IMG/VR virus record: IMGVR_UViG_3300010158_000034
DNA length: 64,000 nucleotides
Direction: 5' to 3' (one strand)
DNA from: an uncultured virus (IMG/VR IMGVR_UViG_3300010158_000034)
Lineage: Duplodnaviria; Heunggongvirae; Uroviricota; Caudoviricetes
Shown here: in pieces, positions 47,365 to 56,605 of the stretch
Numbering within the stretch: the first letter of the stretch is position 1
How the letters are laid out: every line of letters starts with the position of its first letter
Translations under genes and position numbers: made by a program
The notes under the pieces: generated by a model
The model's input: only the letters and a program-made list of their open reading frames with translations
The model's database searches: none
Told to the model about the DNA's origin: nothing

Positions 47365-50300
47365 ATGCCTTTGACCAGACCCAAAATTTGGGACCTTGAT
47401 ACCAATGTAGAATATTTTATGGACCCAATCACGGTGCTCCATCAAGGATCTACACAAGCCAACGTAGATGTAGGATTTTTATTTAACCGAGCCAACGGTT
47501 TGGTATCCAACGTGGCTGTGTATTGGAGCGAAAGTGCCAATACTTTTGTTACAGCATTTACCAATAATTCAGGAGTAACCAACAGTAACATTGTGGCCAC
47601 AGGCTACGCCAACTTGACCATTGGTTCTCTCTTGTCTATCAATGGTAACATTTACCTAAACGGCACTGCCGGCATACCGGGGCAGTATATTAGTTCCACT
47701 GCCAGCGGTACTGCTTGGGCCAGCAGTTCATTCAACGGCGGTGTAATTTCTAATACATTGTTTCCCAGTGGTAATTTAACATTAAATTTAGGCACTACCA
47801 GTGCATTTTGGGCCAATACCTACACTGGTAATGTAATACTATCAAACAATATACTTTGGGCCAACGGTACAGTATTCAGCTCGGGCACAGGCAGCGGCAG
47901 TGTTGGCTATTCTCCCAGTGCCAACGTGGCAATATATGCCAACGTGACCCCTTATACAACTAATCAAACATTTTATCCTGTATTTTCCAACATCACCACA
48001 GCCGGTAATAGTGTGCATGGGGTAAGCTCAAGTTTAAGTTATAACCCCAGCACCGGTGCATTGACAGCAACCAGCTTTAGTGGTACATTAAGTGCCGTCA
48101 ATGTTGCGGGCACTACTGCAACTGCCAATGCCGTAATTTACACAGGTATAACCAACACTGCATCAGGTACTTATTATCCAGTATTGAGTAGTCAAAATAC
48201 CACAGGTAATACACAGGCCGCAGTCAACAGTTCACTAAGTTACAATGCCGCAACAGGTAACGTTTCAGCCACAGCATTTGTTGGATCCGGCCAGTATTTG
48301 ACCGGCATTACTGTTGCTGGTACAGTAGCAACTGCCAACGTAGCACTATATGAACAAGTACAAAATTACACCACTGGCACATTTTATCCAACTTTTAGTA
48401 ATACAAGTATTACAGCAGGTAATACAGTAATTGGTGTCAATTCAAGTTTATCATACAACGCCACGACCGGTACGCTGAGTGCCACAAATTTGTCCGGTAC
48501 ACTGCAAACAGCTGCACAAACAAATATTACAAGTGTTGGTACACTGACTTCGTTGGCAGTTGGTGCAGTTACCAGTTCCGGTACCATCATTGCCTCAACA
48601 GTAAATGCAGCCACAATTGGTAACTCGGGTGCTAGTTTAGTTGGTACATTGGGTGCTGTCAACGTGGCAGGTACAGTGGCTACTGCCAACGTTGCATTGT
48701 ATGCCAGTGCAACTCCTTACACTACAACTGCTAACTTTTATCCTGTATTCAGCAATACTGTCACAGCCGGTAACACCACGTCGGGTGTTGCAACCAACAT
48801 GGTATTCAATCCCGGTACTGGTAATCTTTATGTTAATAACATTGTTGGATCCGGTCAATACTTGACCAGTGTCACTGCTACGGTTTCTGGTACTGTGGCC
48901 ACAGCCAATGTGGCATTGTACGAATCGGTAACAGCTTATACCACAAACCAAACATTTTATCCTGTATTTTCCAACATCAGCACCACAGGAAATACCACAT
49001 CCGGTGTTTCCGCCAACTTGTCATTCAATCCCGCAACCGGTAACTTAATTGCAAATATAGTAACCACTACTGGTAATTTAATAATTGGTGGTAATACTAT
49101 TCATAATAGTAAAACATATTTTAACTTCTCTGGCGACGAACAAATAATCAGTCAAGACACCAGTGTCATGCGTACCGGTTCTTGGAGTGTAACTGCTTCG
49201 GGGTCGTTGTATACATTAGCCGGTGAACCCTTAATGTGGTACTGGATTCACAACTGTGCAATTGATCCAGCAACAGGAAACTTTTTGGCTCGTGATGATT
49301 ATGGTCCTGTAACTGTTTGGGCATTGACAGAAAGCATGTTGATAAAAACTTGGATTAGTCCCCCGGATCAAATACTTTCCGTTCCTAGTTCGTGGACATT
49401 GACCGGAAACCAAGACACCAACAACGGTTTATTTACAACTGGGGGCATGAGTGGAAATTCGCTGAAGTTGACGCAAGTGACAACTCCTGCAGCCGCCGTG
49501 GGTACAGGCTCTACCACAGGTGGTTCATTGGCCGCAGGTAATTATTATGTTCGTGTTGTGGGTATTGACGTTAACGGGCAAGCCACTTTGCCCAGTCCAG
49601 AAAGCACAGTGGTTACAACCACTGGTTCTTCCGGCTCTATTAACTATGTTATACCAGCAACAATAGGTGTCAACAACTATCGAATATATGTAACTCAAAC
49701 CTCGGGTACATATAATTCGGGATACTTTACATTCAATCCTGACTATCTCACAAACTATTTTACATTAACTACCTTAACTGGAACAACAGCCGGCACATTG
49801 CCCTCCATCAACAACACCGGTGGAGTCAACATTACCGGTAACTTAACTGTGCTAAACACCGGCGGTACCAGCAATTCTATCTCTGGCAACATTGGTATTA
49901 ACACCACCCTACCAGACACTGAACTTACTATTTTGGGAATCCCACAAACTGTGGTTTATCCTGTCACAGGTGTTAACCAAACTTTGGGCACAGACTTACA
50001 CATCGTCGGTGCAGATGGTGCTACCCCAACTCGTATCACACAAGACACATTTGGCACTGGTTCGTATATAGCATTCACTGGCAGAGCTGCTCGGGGCACA
50101 GCTGCCTCACCAGCTCAGTCCCTGTCAGGTGATACCTTAACTCAACTCACTGCTAGAGGATTCAGCAGTGGTTCTCTAGGATTTGGTACTGCGTCAACTG
50201 GTCGAGTTGACATAGTGGCCGCAGAAAACTTCACAGACACCAGTCGTGCCACCAACGTGGTAATTTTTACCACAGCAGTGGGCGCCATTAATCCCACAGC

Positions 50301-50442
50301 AACAGCCACATTCAGCAGTGCCACAGGATTGGCAGTCACTGGCAACACTGCCATCAGTGGTAATTTAACAACCAATGGTGGACTACTGGTGCCGGTGTTG
50401 GGCTTGTCAATAGTTTCTGCTCAAGGTTGGAACTTGGCTTAA
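47365..50442 (+). CDS. Repeat-containing tail fibre protein
   Basis: 1025 aa with 5 copies of the same TANV repeat, an FN3-like segment, and an ARGTAASP..GD module. Confidence 0.7.
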   Translation: MPLTRPKIWDLDTNVEYFMDPITVLHQGSTQANVDVGFLFNRANGLVSNVAVYWSESANTFVTAFTNNSGVTNSNIVATGYANLTIGSLLSINGNIYLNGTAGIPGQYISSTASGTAWASSSFNGGVISNTLFPSGNLTLNLGTTSAFWANTYTGNVILSNNILWANGTVFSSGTGSGSVGYSPSANVAIYANVTPYTTNQTFYPVFSNITTAGNSVHGVSSSLSYNPSTGALTATSFSGTLSAVNVAGTTATANAVIYTGITNTASGTYYPVLSSQNTTGNTQAAVNSSLSYNAATGNVSATAFVGSGQYLTGITVAGTVATANVALYEQVQNYTTGTFYPTFSNTSITAGNTVIGVNSSLSYNATTGTLSATNLSGTLQTAAQTNITSVGTLTSLAVGAVTSSGTIIASTVNAATIGNSGASLVGTLGAVNVAGTVATANVALYASATPYTTTANFYPVFSNTVTAGNTTSGVATNMVFNPGTGNLYVNNIVGSGQYLTSVTATVSGTVATANVALYESVTAYTTNQTFYPVFSNISTTGNTTSGVSANLSFNPATGNLIANIVTTTGNLIIGGNTIHNSKTYFNFSGDEQIISQDTSVMRTGSWSVTASGSLYTLAGEPLMWYWIHNCAIDPATGNFLARDDYGPVTVWALTESMLIKTWISPPDQILSVPSSWTLTGNQDTNNGLFTTGGMSGNSLKLTQVTTPAAAVGTGSTTGGSLAAGNYYVRVVGIDVNGQATLPSPESTVVTTTGSSGSINYVIPATIGVNNYRIYVTQTSGTYNSGYFTFNPDYLTNYFTLTTLTGTTAGTLPSINNTGGVNITGNLTVLNTGGTSNSISGNIGINTTLPDTELTILGIPQTVVYPVTGVNQTLGTDLHIVGADGATPTRITQDTFGTGSYIAFTGRAARGTAASPAQSLSGDTLTQLTARGFSSGSLGFGTASTGRVDIVAAENFTDTSRATNVVIFTTAVGAINPTATATFSSATGLAVTGNTAISGNLTTNGGLLVPVLGLSIVSAQGWNLA

Positions 50443-50476
50443 ATACACAATACAGAATTTATAAAGGAATAGAAAA

Positions 50477-51244
50477 ATGGCAAATAATGCCCCAATTTTT
50501 TCAAGATTAGGCGATATACAAGGTGGTGAATTATTAATTACACAGGGCTCAATCACAGCCGGCGACTACACAGGTGTGGGTATTTACAACGTGGTGGCAT
50601 TTACTGCTGATTCAGCCAACGGTGGATTTGTGCAACGCTTGAGATTCAAGCCAAACGGTAACAATACTGCTGCTTCAGTGGCACGTATTTTCATCAACAA
50701 CGGAGCAATTAACCAAGCCACAACACTGAGTACACCCTCAGCACCCTCGGGCAGTGCCAGTGGTACAGGTGGTACACTGCTACCAGGGTCTTACTATGCA
50801 TTGATACAAGCAGTGGATCAATACGGTGCATACACAGCAGCCAGTCCACAAAGTACCGCAGTCACCACAACTGGTAATACCAGTTCCATCACTTGGTCGT
50901 GGACTCCGGTTGCGTCGGCAGCATATTATGTGTTATGGGCCGGCACAACCAGTTTGGGTCAACAACCATTCTTTCAAACTGCTGGTAACGTGGCGTTTTT
51001 AACCCAAACAGTGGCCTACGCCGCAGGTAACATTGGTACTCCCAAAGGCTCTAACTCGGATAACTTTTTATACGGTGAACTGGCTTTGCCGATTACATCG
51101 GGTACAGTGTCGGGTACTACACCCAATGCTGACATAGATTATCCCATGAACGTGGCATTACCTCCTGGCTATAAAGTACTGGTGGGTCTCAGTGCCAACG
51201 TATCGGCTGGTTGGTATGTCACCAGTATTGGTGGAAAATATTAA
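50477..51244 (+). CDS. Virion structural protein with an FN3-like segment
   Basis: Late promoter and AAGGA Shine-Dalgarno sequence; GGTLLPGSYY...ITWSW segment resembles one in the upstream fibre. Confidence 0.55.
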   Translation: MANNAPIFSRLGDIQGGELLITQGSITAGDYTGVGIYNVVAFTADSANGGFVQRLRFKPNGNNTAASVARIFINNGAINQATTLSTPSAPSGSASGTGGTLLPGSYYALIQAVDQYGAYTAASPQSTAVTTTGNTSSITWSWTPVASAAYYVLWAGTTSLGQQPFFQTAGNVAFLTQTVAYAAGNIGTPKGSNSDNFLYGELALPITSGTVSGTTPNADIDYPMNVALPPGYKVLVGLSANVSAGWYVTSIGGKY

Positions 51245-52224
51245 TGTTAGATTTCAGCCATTTAACTGCCAACCCACGTGTGGACGTGCAGACGTTTTAC
51301 GCCAATTCGGCCACTGCTGGTGTAACATGGGCCACTTGGGTCAAACCACGTGGCATAAACTTTGTACAATTCGTTGTATTGGGTGGTGGTGCCGGAGGTG
51401 GATCAGGAGTTGGTAACGGTGCCGCTTCAACTGCTGCCGGGGGCGGCGGTGGAGGTAGTTCAGCTCAGTGCAGTATAATATTTCCCGCATGGGCACTGCC
51501 TGATGTTCTTTACATAAGCGTGGGTTACGGTGGTGCAGGTGGCGCAGCTGTTGCTGCCACACCCGGTCTTGTTGGTACAGCAGGCATAGCCAGTTATGTA
51601 AGCCTAGCCCCTAATACTACGGTTAACAACCTATTAGCACAAGCCAACGGTGGCGGTGCTGGTACAGCAGCCGCAGGTGCAACAGCCGGTGGTGCAGGTG
51701 CCGCTGGGACAGTAACAGCAATTGGTTCAGCCGCATTGGCTGGATTGGGTACATTGGGTTATACAGGTGTAGCAACCAACATCAGTCTAGTGGGACAAGT
51801 GGGCATTGCTGGGGGTACCACAGGTCTTGGAGCCGCATTGACATTACCAGTGACAGGATTAATAGTAACCGGTGGCACAGGTGGCGCAGGTGTTGGAGCA
51901 GCTGCCTCAATAGGCTCATCGGGAGGTAACATAACTGGTGCTGGTGCTTTTCCCACCGTCATTGGTGGGATTGGTGCCGCCTCATCAACAACTTCAGGCA
52001 CATCCGGCGCCAATGGATTTCAGCCCATACCCAAACTGTTTTATTTCTACGGCGGTACCGGTGGTGGTTCTTCGGGCGCTGCAACAGGTACCACCAACGG
52101 CGGGCCTGGCGGAGCGGGTGCTTATGGTTGCGGTGGCGGTGGTGGGGGTGGTGCATTTACCGGTGGTACGTCGGGTGCCGGTGGTCGTGGCGGTGATGGC
52201 ATTGTTATAGCCACCAGTTGGTAA
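51244..52224 (+). CDS. Glycine-rich tail-associated protein
   Basis: Start refined to the ATG at 51244 (TAATG overlap); TWVKPRG..GGGAGGG...GGRGGDGIV pattern of phage glycine-rich domains. Confidence 0.7.
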   Translation: MLDFSHLTANPRVDVQTFYANSATAGVTWATWVKPRGINFVQFVVLGGGAGGGSGVGNGAASTAAGGGGGGSSAQCSIIFPAWALPDVLYISVGYGGAGGAAVAATPGLVGTAGIASYVSLAPNTTVNNLLAQANGGGAGTAAAGATAGGAGAAGTVTAIGSAALAGLGTLGYTGVATNISLVGQVGIAGGTTGLGAALTLPVTGLIVTGGTGGAGVGAAASIGSSGGNITGAGAFPTVIGGIGAASSTTSGTSGANGFQPIPKLFYFYGGTGGGSSGAATGTTNGGPGGAGAYGCGGGGGGGAFTGGTSGAGGRGGDGIVIATSW

Positions 52225-52243
52225 AATACCATAAATACTTGAT

Positions 52244-53014
52244 ATGATCAAAATAAAAAAATTATACCGAGACACACACTTGATGGATGATGTTGTGACA
52301 CATTATACCTATGAAAATAGCCAATGGGATTCCACCATTGAACAGGTAAAAAACAATGTAGTCAACAATCAAATCAGCAACACTGCTGTGGTGTTGGGCA
52401 ACGGCCCCAGTAGACTACAGTTAAATCCCAACTTATTTAATTTATTAATGAATCACCGTGGTGGCCTGTTGGCCGCAGGGCGAGTTCAGACCTACGGATG
52501 CAATGCCATAATACGTGATTTTACTCCTGATTTTTTGGTAGCCACTGGCAGTGAGATTGTAAACGAAATTGCCGGAGATGATTGGCACGATCAAAATCAA
52601 TACTATCAACAAACTATTGTTTACAGCACAGCCGATGCAGTATTAGAATTTCCTGGTAAGTTTTATTTAATACCGCAAAATCCTGGATGGAACGCCGGAT
52701 CTGTTGCTGCTTATTTGGCCTGCTTTGATGCACACAAAAAGATTTACTTGATGGGATTTGATTGTTACAACGCACCCGAGGCCACCATACACGAAAACAT
52801 TTATGCCAATACACCGGGATATCCTCGTGATGGAGAACCAGTGACTGATGCATATTTTACCATGAGCTTGCTACACGTGATGCAGACCTATAATGATGTA
52901 GAATTCATTAGAGTAATGCCCACTGAGTCATGGTATTGTCCTGATGCGTGGCAGTATCAAACTAATTTTAGACAAATCAATTTTAGACAATTTACTCTTG
53001 AAGTAGATTTATAA
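52244..53014 (+). CDS. Glycosyltransferase-like / Maf-DUF115-like protein
   Basis: VVLGNGPS, YGCNA, NAG..A and IYLMGFD motifs. Confidence 0.55.
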   Translation: MIKIKKLYRDTHLMDDVVTHYTYENSQWDSTIEQVKNNVVNNQISNTAVVLGNGPSRLQLNPNLFNLLMNHRGGLLAAGRVQTYGCNAIIRDFTPDFLVATGSEIVNEIAGDDWHDQNQYYQQTIVYSTADAVLEFPGKFYLIPQNPGWNAGSVAAYLACFDAHKKIYLMGFDCYNAPEATIHENIYANTPGYPRDGEPVTDAYFTMSLLHVMQTYNDVEFIRVMPTESWYCPDAWQYQTNFRQINFRQFTLEVDL

Positions 53015-53446
53015 TCAAACAACTTTTTCTAAAGTTTTAATCTTTTCAATTACACTTGAAAACTTGAATGTACGCCATACTCCCGGATGTAAGGGTTTGG
53101 GATGATCCCGCAACTCCACCCAACAAAATCCACGATGCTCGTGATTTAACACCGGCACAAACTCTTCGTCCACTGTGATCATGTAGGTGTGATACTCAAA
53201 GTTTTTACTGTCGCTGGTGAACTTTTCAATTGGGATCAGTCTGGCGTCTTGGAATATTCCGCCCAGTTCTTCGGCGATTTCTCTAGCAAGTCCTTCAACC
53301 ACAGTTTCACCTGCTTCAATTTTTCCGCCCACCAAGCCCCAAGAGCCGGCATGTCGCCGCCCGTTGCGTAACAAAAAAAGATATCTGTGAGTGGTTCGGC
53401 AGTACACCAATGCACCAGCGCCTGTTTGTTGAGAATTGTTTACCAT
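53015..53446 (-). CDS. Nudix hydrolase
   Basis: Nudix box GGKIEAGETVVEGLAREIAEELG. Confidence 0.92.
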   Translation of the reverse strand: MVNNSQQTGAGALVYCRTTHRYLFLLRNGRRHAGSWGLVGGKIEAGETVVEGLAREIAEELGGIFQDARLIPIEKFTSDSKNFEYHTYMITVDEEFVPVLNHEHRGFCWVELRDHPKPLHPGVWRTFKFSSVIEKIKTLEKVV

Positions 53447-53452
53447 AATTTA

Positions 53453-53481
53453 ATTATACACTACTACAGTTGCAAAGTCTA
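53453..53481 (-). promoter_or_regulatory. Sigma70-like promoter for the Nudix gene (leaderless)
   Basis: TAGACT-17 nt-TATAAT on the minus strand; ATG lies 6 nt downstream of the -10 box. Confidence 0.6.
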
Positions 53482-54852
53482 TACTGCCAAACTCCATTCT
53501 CCGGCTGGGTAAACACCGTCGTAGCTCTTGCTCCAGGCACTGTGGTACCATTTGTACTGTATACCAGTGGTCAAGTTGGTCACATACTGTAGATCAACAG
53601 AAGCAACACTGGCAAACACCACTGCCCAATGGCTACCATTGTATTGCACAATGTCTCCGGCATTGGCCACAAGATCTTGACCATCGGCACCACGCCAGGC
53701 CACAGCACCAGCAGGATTGGCATAACTACCAATTTCTTCTGTTAGTAAATATCTAGTTCCTGTGGCAGGATTGGTTAAAAAAGTGCCAACATTGACCGAT
53801 TGCGGATTGATAATGGCATTCACAGGACTCAACGTGTTGACAGGCAATGTTGCAGGATAGGGTGAATAAATTAACACACCGGGATCTGTGGGGTTCACAG
53901 CCACAGTGCCGACAATTTCACTACCATTGGGTTGCATTAATCTTATTTCGCTACTGCCGGATACAAAATTACCGTAGGCAGCCAACAACCAGCTCCATTG
54001 ATTCTTTGGAATATTGACAATGTTGAGGAAATCGTTTTCCTCCACCACCTGTGATGACCGTAGCAACGACAGTGTAGCACCAGTATTTGTGGTGTTTAGC
54101 ACAACTCCATACTGGCCAAATGACACCAGCTGTTGTGGACCCAAGGCACCCAAGGAGTCAAGGTCTGAGTAGTTGTTGAGTACAGTTTGTATCACGCCCA
54201 TGCGTTTGACTTTGGCACTGGTGGATATCCATATGGGCAATTCAAACTTCATTGTGGCAACGTCTATGGCTTCTTCAGCACCCGCGGGCACAGTTCTACT
54301 GGTCCATGTGCTGTCAGTGAGCAGTGCGTAACTCAAACTGCCCCAATCAACATAGTTGTCGGTGCTTTGAATTTCCATTGCTGGATTAAACAACTGAGTC
54401 AACTGTTCGATCAACTGTAATTTTTGTTCGGTATTACTGGTCCAAATATCCAGCTTTACTCCTAACTTATAAGGTGCCGGCATCACACGTTCAACAGTGT
54501 AATTTTGTCCTTGTGTGGTTCCGTAGGTTCCGGTAACTGGATCAAATGTTCTTTGTCTAATTTGCATACTTTGAACCAAACTGGGATCTTGCAGTCTGGT
54601 TTGATCATAGTTCAGTGCATCTATATACACAGCCATGGCCGGCACAGTACCCAAGCCATTTTCACTGTTGTTGCGTAAAATTTGTGCAGCCTGACGACTT
54701 TGATCTCCATAAATCACAGGCACACGTTGATAAGTTATGTTGCCACTGCTGTCTCGACCAAACTCAACATAAAAGCCTGACACCATGCGTATGAATTGAC
54801 TTACGAAAGATCGTATCTGTCCAGAATAGAAGAAATTTGAAGGTGCGGTCAT
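53479..54852 (-). CDS. gp15: Tail sheath stabiliser / tail completion protein with a C-terminal extension
   Basis: FFYSGQIR, VPVIYG and PAPYKL...QLIEQL..LFNP motifs. Confidence 0.75.
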   Translation of the reverse strand: MTAPSNFFYSGQIRSFVSQFIRMVSGFYVEFGRDSSGNITYQRVPVIYGDQSRQAAQILRNNSENGLGTVPAMAVYIDALNYDQTRLQDPSLVQSMQIRQRTFDPVTGTYGTTQGQNYTVERVMPAPYKLGVKLDIWTSNTEQKLQLIEQLTQLFNPAMEIQSTDNYVDWGSLSYALLTDSTWTSRTVPAGAEEAIDVATMKFELPIWISTSAKVKRMGVIQTVLNNYSDLDSLGALGPQQLVSFGQYGVVLNTTNTGATLSLLRSSQVVEENDFLNIVNIPKNQWSWLLAAYGNFVSGSSEIRLMQPNGSEIVGTVAVNPTDPGVLIYSPYPATLPVNTLSPVNAIINPQSVNVGTFLTNPATGTRYLLTEEIGSYANPAGAVAWRGADGQDLVANAGDIVQYNGSHWAVVFASVASVDLQYVTNLTTGIQYKWYHSAWSKSYDGVYPAGEWSLAV

Positions 54853-56225
54853 GAATTGTCAGCTTTCGGTGTAAGTGCAGAACTAAGGCTTTGCTTTGAT
54901 GGCACAGTGACATTGCCCACTGTGGTAAATGTATCGGTGTTGTTGACAAATGTGCCAATCAATGTGTGATTGTCTGCACCTTGACTCAGGTTGGTGCGTA
55001 CTACATCATTGAACATGCTCCAACGATTGCCAACAAATCTAAACACACGATTTGGCAAATAGTCTGTGCGTAAAAAGAAATCTCCCACCTGTGGGTGTGT
55101 TGGGAATGAAGTGCCAGCACTCATGGCCAAACCATTGGGTGCAACACTGTCACCCACAACATAACCTGGCAATGCAGCCAATGGAGAGATAGGAACCTCG
55201 TCTGCTGTGCTTATTCGTCCTGCCCCATCAGCTGTTTCTTGTGTTTGATCACCCGAGCTGACATCAACGTTGAACAATGTGCCATCCTGGTTTCGTGGGA
55301 AGTTGTAAAAACTACTGGTGTCGTAGCCCGACCGTGGAACATTTTGTACAGCCTCAGCGACCACAGCATCGTTGATGGCAATGGTACCATTGTAAGCACT
55401 CATGATTTGACCGATGGGAGTAACGCCATCACTGGCAACAAGATTGTTGATAATGTCCTTGTATTCTTGACTGTCCACCAAGGGATTAATTTTAACACGC
55501 CAAAGATGTGGCCACCAGGTTGGACTGAACCCTTCGCTGGAGAAACTGGCATCGCCCACTACATAAAATCTTTTGAGTGCTGCCGGAACATCCTGAGTGA
55601 GTGAGTCGTAATCGGTCAAGTGTTGCAGTTCTAAAACATCACCCGCCATGATCTTACGCCCAATCATGTCAACCATGTCACGCAGATGAAATGTCATAAA
55701 AATAGTACCAGTTTGTAAAAACAAACCAAATTGGGTTAAATCAAAGTCTTGATCTTGTCTTTGATAAATGCCACGCATGGTGTATACTGAAGTGTCGTAT
55801 TTTCTATCTCTATTTTCTACCCACAACAAGTCTTGAATGTTTAACTCACTTTGATTGGTATAACTGGGTTGTGCAGAACTAATGCTGATTCCAATGGCAG
55901 TACCGGATGGAACAGCACCAAGCGTACTGGCACTTAATGTTATGGTTGTGGCTGTTTTGGCTGCTACAGTGGTGTTGGCAGGAATATTGGTGCCGGTTAC
56001 TGTGTTGCCTAGATCAATAGTGGCAGTGCTGGATAAGGTCAATACTGTGCCGGCCGCTGCCTGATCCGCCGACGTGGTCAGTTGTGTGCCTTGAGGGTTG
56101 GTTCCCAGGTATTTGTGCAACAATATACCAGTGCCACCCAAGGTAAACATTTCAGACATTCTACGGTCCATGAATTTAAAATCATTTGAATGTCTACCGT
56201 CTTGCCATAAACTTATTCTGCCCAA
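54849..56225 (-). CDS. Neck / head-completion protein, gp14-like
   Basis: IQDLLWVENRDRKYD, DLTQFGLF and GDVLEL motifs; TTG start with GGAG and a late promoter at 56250-56255. Confidence 0.65.
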   Translation of the reverse strand: MGRISLWQDGRHSNDFKFMDRRMSEMFTLGGTGILLHKYLGTNPQGTQLTTSADQAAAGTVLTLSSTATIDLGNTVTGTNIPANTTVAAKTATTITLSASTLGAVPSGTAIGISISSAQPSYTNQSELNIQDLLWVENRDRKYDTSVYTMRGIYQRQDQDFDLTQFGLFLQTGTIFMTFHLRDMVDMIGRKIMAGDVLELQHLTDYDSLTQDVPAALKRFYVVGDASFSSEGFSPTWWPHLWRVKINPLVDSQEYKDIINNLVASDGVTPIGQIMSAYNGTIAINDAVVAEAVQNVPRSGYDTSSFYNFPRNQDGTLFNVDVSSGDQTQETADGAGRISTADEVPISPLAALPGYVVGDSVAPNGLAMSAGTSFPTHPQVGDFFLRTDYLPNRVFRFVGNRWSMFNDVVRTNLSQGADNHTLIGTFVNNTDTFTTVGNVTVPSKQSLSSALTPKADNS

Positions 56226-56260
56226 AATACTTCTCCGATAATTATCTAGTATTTATGGAT

Positions 56261-56289
56261 TTGACTGCTAAGTAAATTTAACGTATAAT
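56261..56289 (+). promoter_or_regulatory. Consensus sigma70-like promoter (leaderless)
   Basis: TTGACT-17 nt-TATAAT; ATG at 56296 lies 6 nt after the -10 box. Confidence 0.75.
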
Positions 56290-56295
56290 AACATT

Positions 56296-56553
56296 ATGGA
56301 TTTAAACACTAAAAAACGCTTGGATGATACATTTTTTCAAATAATCCGTTTACCAATGGATGCAGAAAAGATACGCGATCTTAAAAAAATATGGAAAAAC
56401 TGTAGCGAAACATGGGCAGACATGAGCAGAGAAGAAGTAAATTGTCGCAGATTGGGCCGGAAAACCCCACATTATTTAGAACTAGAACTGCAAGTGGCAG
56501 AAGGCTTAGACCTGCTGGAACAGTACCTGACCTTTGCCACACTGTTGAGTTGA
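56296..56553 (+). CDS. Hypothetical protein
   Basis: 85-aa ORF directly after a consensus promoter; SREEVNCRR motif. Confidence 0.65.
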   Translation: MDLNTKKRLDDTFFQIIRLPMDAEKIRDLKKIWKNCSETWADMSREEVNCRRLGRKTPHYLELELQVAEGLDLLEQYLTFATLLS

Positions 56554-56578
56554 CCGATAATGCCCGACGTGCTATAAT
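56550..56578 (+). promoter_or_regulatory. Consensus sigma70-like promoter
   Basis: TTGACC-17 nt-TATAAT with a TG extension, upstream of AAGGA and the ATG at 56606. Confidence 0.75.
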
Positions 56579-56605
56579 ATGTAATATTGACATTCAAGGA
56601 ACGCA

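Noticed and set aside
41041..50442. Diversity-generating retroelement template/variable repeats in the fibre genes
   Set aside because: The repeats are in-frame coding units differing largely at synonymous positions rather than specifically at adenines, and no reverse transcriptase is present in the window.
26026..52275. Numerous 60-130-aa antisense ORFs within the tape measure and fibre genes
   Set aside because: They are expected by-products of Thr/Ala/Gly/Val-rich codon bias, with no start signals or recognisable motifs.
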